A program made the position numbers and the translations under genes. From Dehalococcoidia bacterium (GTDB lineage: Bacteria > Chloroflexota > Dehalococcoidia > UBA2979): a stretch of 64,000 nt of DNA. A model generated the notes under the pieces. That model was not told where the DNA came from. It did no database searches and saw only the letters and a program-made list of their open reading frames with translations. The stretch lies in the NCBI GenBank assembly GCA_965219085.1, contig OZ244720.1, positions 3,072,001 to 3,136,000 on the forward strand, given 5' to 3'. Positions 62,507 through 64,000 of the stretch are shown here, piece by piece (the first letter of the stretch is position 1; the number at the start of each line of letters is the position of its first letter).

Positions 62507-62911
62507 TCAGGTGGTCGCGTCGAGGCGATCGAGCTGGCCCGGCCAGTCGAGGAGTCGGCGGTCCGCGGTCAGGAGTTGGCAGTCGGGGATGGTGAGGGCG
62601 GTAGCGGTGATGATCCGGTCCCCAGGGTCGCCGTGCATGCCCGGGATCAACCCCGCCCGCGCCGCGATTTCCCCGCTGACGGGGACCTCGATGAGACCGT
62701 CGGAGAGGAGTTCGGCGCGCCACCGGTGGACGTCGATGTCGACGTCGAGCCGCTCCTTGCTGACGAGCATAGCCACCTCCCAGAACGTCAGAGTCGACAC
62801 CGCGGCCTCACCGGCCGGCCACACTCGATCGAGTATCGAGCGAGTGCGCCGGCCAAGCTGCGGTCTGTCGAGGCGCAACCAGAGCAGGACGTGCGTGTCG
62901 AGCAGGATCAC
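62507..62911 (-). CDS. vapC: VapC PIN-domain toxin
   Basis: LLDTHVLLW, WEV, HGDPGDRII, LLTAD. Confidence 0.93.
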   Translation of the reverse strand: MILLDTHVLLWLRLDRPQLGRRTRSILDRVWPAGEAAVSTLTFWEVAMLVSKERLDVDIDVHRWRAELLSDGLIEVPVSGEIAARAGLIPGMHGDPGDRIITATALTIPDCQLLTADRRLLDWPGQLDRLDATT

Positions 62912-63219
62912 TGGTACTGCGGCAGATCGGGGTTGAGCACGCGATCCGGGTCAGCGAGGACGTCTACCTCCTCCTCGTCGATTGGGCTGATGATGTCACC
63001 GAGGATGCGCATCCGACCCTTGTCGGCGCCCCACGGCGCCTTGAGCGGCTGCTGATACGGCGTCAACTTCGCCACCGGTTTCCCCCGTTTCGTGATGATG
63101 ATCTCCTGCCCCGTCTCGGCGACTTCGTCCATGAGTCGCAGGCACGTCGCCTTGAACTCGGACGCCTTGATGTAGCGCGCCGTGCTGTACACGCCGACGA
63201 GTTCGCGTACCTCAGCCAT
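62908..63219 (-). CDS. Phd/YefM family antitoxin
   Basis: ASEFKATCLRLMDEV..IITKRGKPVAKL. Confidence 0.92.
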   Translation of the reverse strand: MAEVRELVGVYSTARYIKASEFKATCLRLMDEVAETGQEIIITKRGKPVAKLTPYQQPLKAPWGADKGRMRILGDIISPIDEEEVDVLADPDRVLNPDLPQYQ

Positions 63220-63243
63220 GGCGACCTCCTCTCCTCACGAACC

Positions 63244-63257
63244 ATGGTCATGACTAT
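63244..63257. promoter_or_regulatory. Putative Phd operator
   Basis: Near-perfect palindrome ATGGTCATGACTAT just upstream of the antitoxin. Confidence 0.45.
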
Positions 63258-63359
63258 AGTCTCGTATCCATGGATGCGCAAGCCTCCCGCGTGCGTGAGA
63301 GCCTAGCTCCGAGGGCTGGTAGGCTCGGTTGAGCCTCTGACGAGACTGGAGCTTCGCGA

Positions 63360-64000
63360 GTGAAACTGCTGTCGGCGCCGCGCGTCTTCTACGGCTGGTG
63401 GATCGTTCTCGCGGGCTTCGCCATCCAGTGGACCGTGGGCGCGCTCATGCTGCACCCGTTCGGGATCTACGTGGTCGAGTTCGAGGAAGAGTTCGGCTGG
63501 AACCGCACCAAGCTCTCCGTCGCCTTCTCGCTCGCGCGCGTCGAAGACGGCCTCCTCGGCCCGCTCCAGGGCTGGATGATCGACAGGTTCGGGCCGCGCG
63601 CCGTGATACGTGTGGGGGTGGTCCTCTTCGCGCTCGGGTTCGTCGCGTTCAGCATGATGAACTCGCTGCTGATGTTCTATCTGACGTTTCTGCTCATGGC
63701 GATCGGCGCTGCCCTCGCCGGCTTCCTCTCTGTCACGACCGCCGTCGTCAACTGGTTCGTGCGACGCCGCACGCTCGCCGTGAGCCTTGCGCTCATCGGT
63801 GTGGCGGGCGGCGGTTTCGCCGCACCGGGCATCGCCCTGTTGATCGAGGAGATCGGCTGGCGTGGTACGGCCCTCGTCTCGGCCGCCATCGTCGCGATCA
63901 TCGGACTGCCCGCGGCGCAACTCGTGCGGCATCGCCCCGAGCCGTATGGCTTGCAGCCCGACGGCGACTCCGCGCCGCCGCCGGCCTCCGCTGACGACGA
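63360..64000 (+). CDS. MFS transporter (partial, runs off the window)
   Basis: GTG start, FYGWWIV, FGWNRT, GWMIDRFGPR, NWFVRRR; absent from the ORF track because there is no stop. Confidence 0.9.
   Translation, partial: MKLLSAPRVFYGWWIVLAGFAIQWTVGALMLHPFGIYVVEFEEEFGWNRTKLSVAFSLARVEDGLLGPLQGWMIDRFGPRAVIRVGVVLFALGFVAFSMMNSLLMFYLTFLLMAIGAALAGFLSVTTAVVNWFVRRRTLAVSLALIGVAGGGFAAPGIALLIEEIGWRGTALVSAAIVAIIGLPAAQLVRHRPEPYGLQPDGDSAPPPASADD

Overview
High-GC bacterial DNA, probably Chloroflexota/Dehalococcoidia. This is inferred from the ssrA-integrated serine recombinase, the F420-dependent LLM/thiolase/MaoC genes and the giant Fn3/cadherin protein style, and a host-associated lifestyle is plausible but unproven. 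Bases 1-3.7 kb hold two tandem S41 peptidases, smpB and tmRNA. About 3.6-42.4 kb is a decaying genomic island integrated at the 3' end of ssrA. It carries a large serine recombinase reading into ssrA, a broken type I R-M operon interleaved with toxin-antitoxin cassettes, and an 8-kb stack of IS elements chained through CTAG sites. It also carries an intact 3982-aa secreted multi-enzyme adhesin, fragments of helicase, NTPase, SIR2 and TPR genes, IS5, IS1182, IS481 and a truncated group II intron. Bases 42.4-64 kb are core-like genes, including a UGA-recoded UGSC selenoprotein, rarA, a ribBA with a degenerate GCH II domain and several TA loci. Three observations stand out. (i) Both IS110-family elements have non-coding RNAs whose four guide segments can be read against their own donor junction and target, and one appears programmed for the IS481-end/CTAG junction of a 46-bp mini-element. 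(ii) Cargo cassettes, including the 12-kb giant gene, are repeatedly bracketed by diverged copies of backbone-gene segments (hsdM tail, hsdR head, helicase tail). (iii) A patchwork of 30-50 bp gene fragments sits upstream of the giant gene. All family calls are by eye from motifs, and many single-base frameshifts could be assembly errors.
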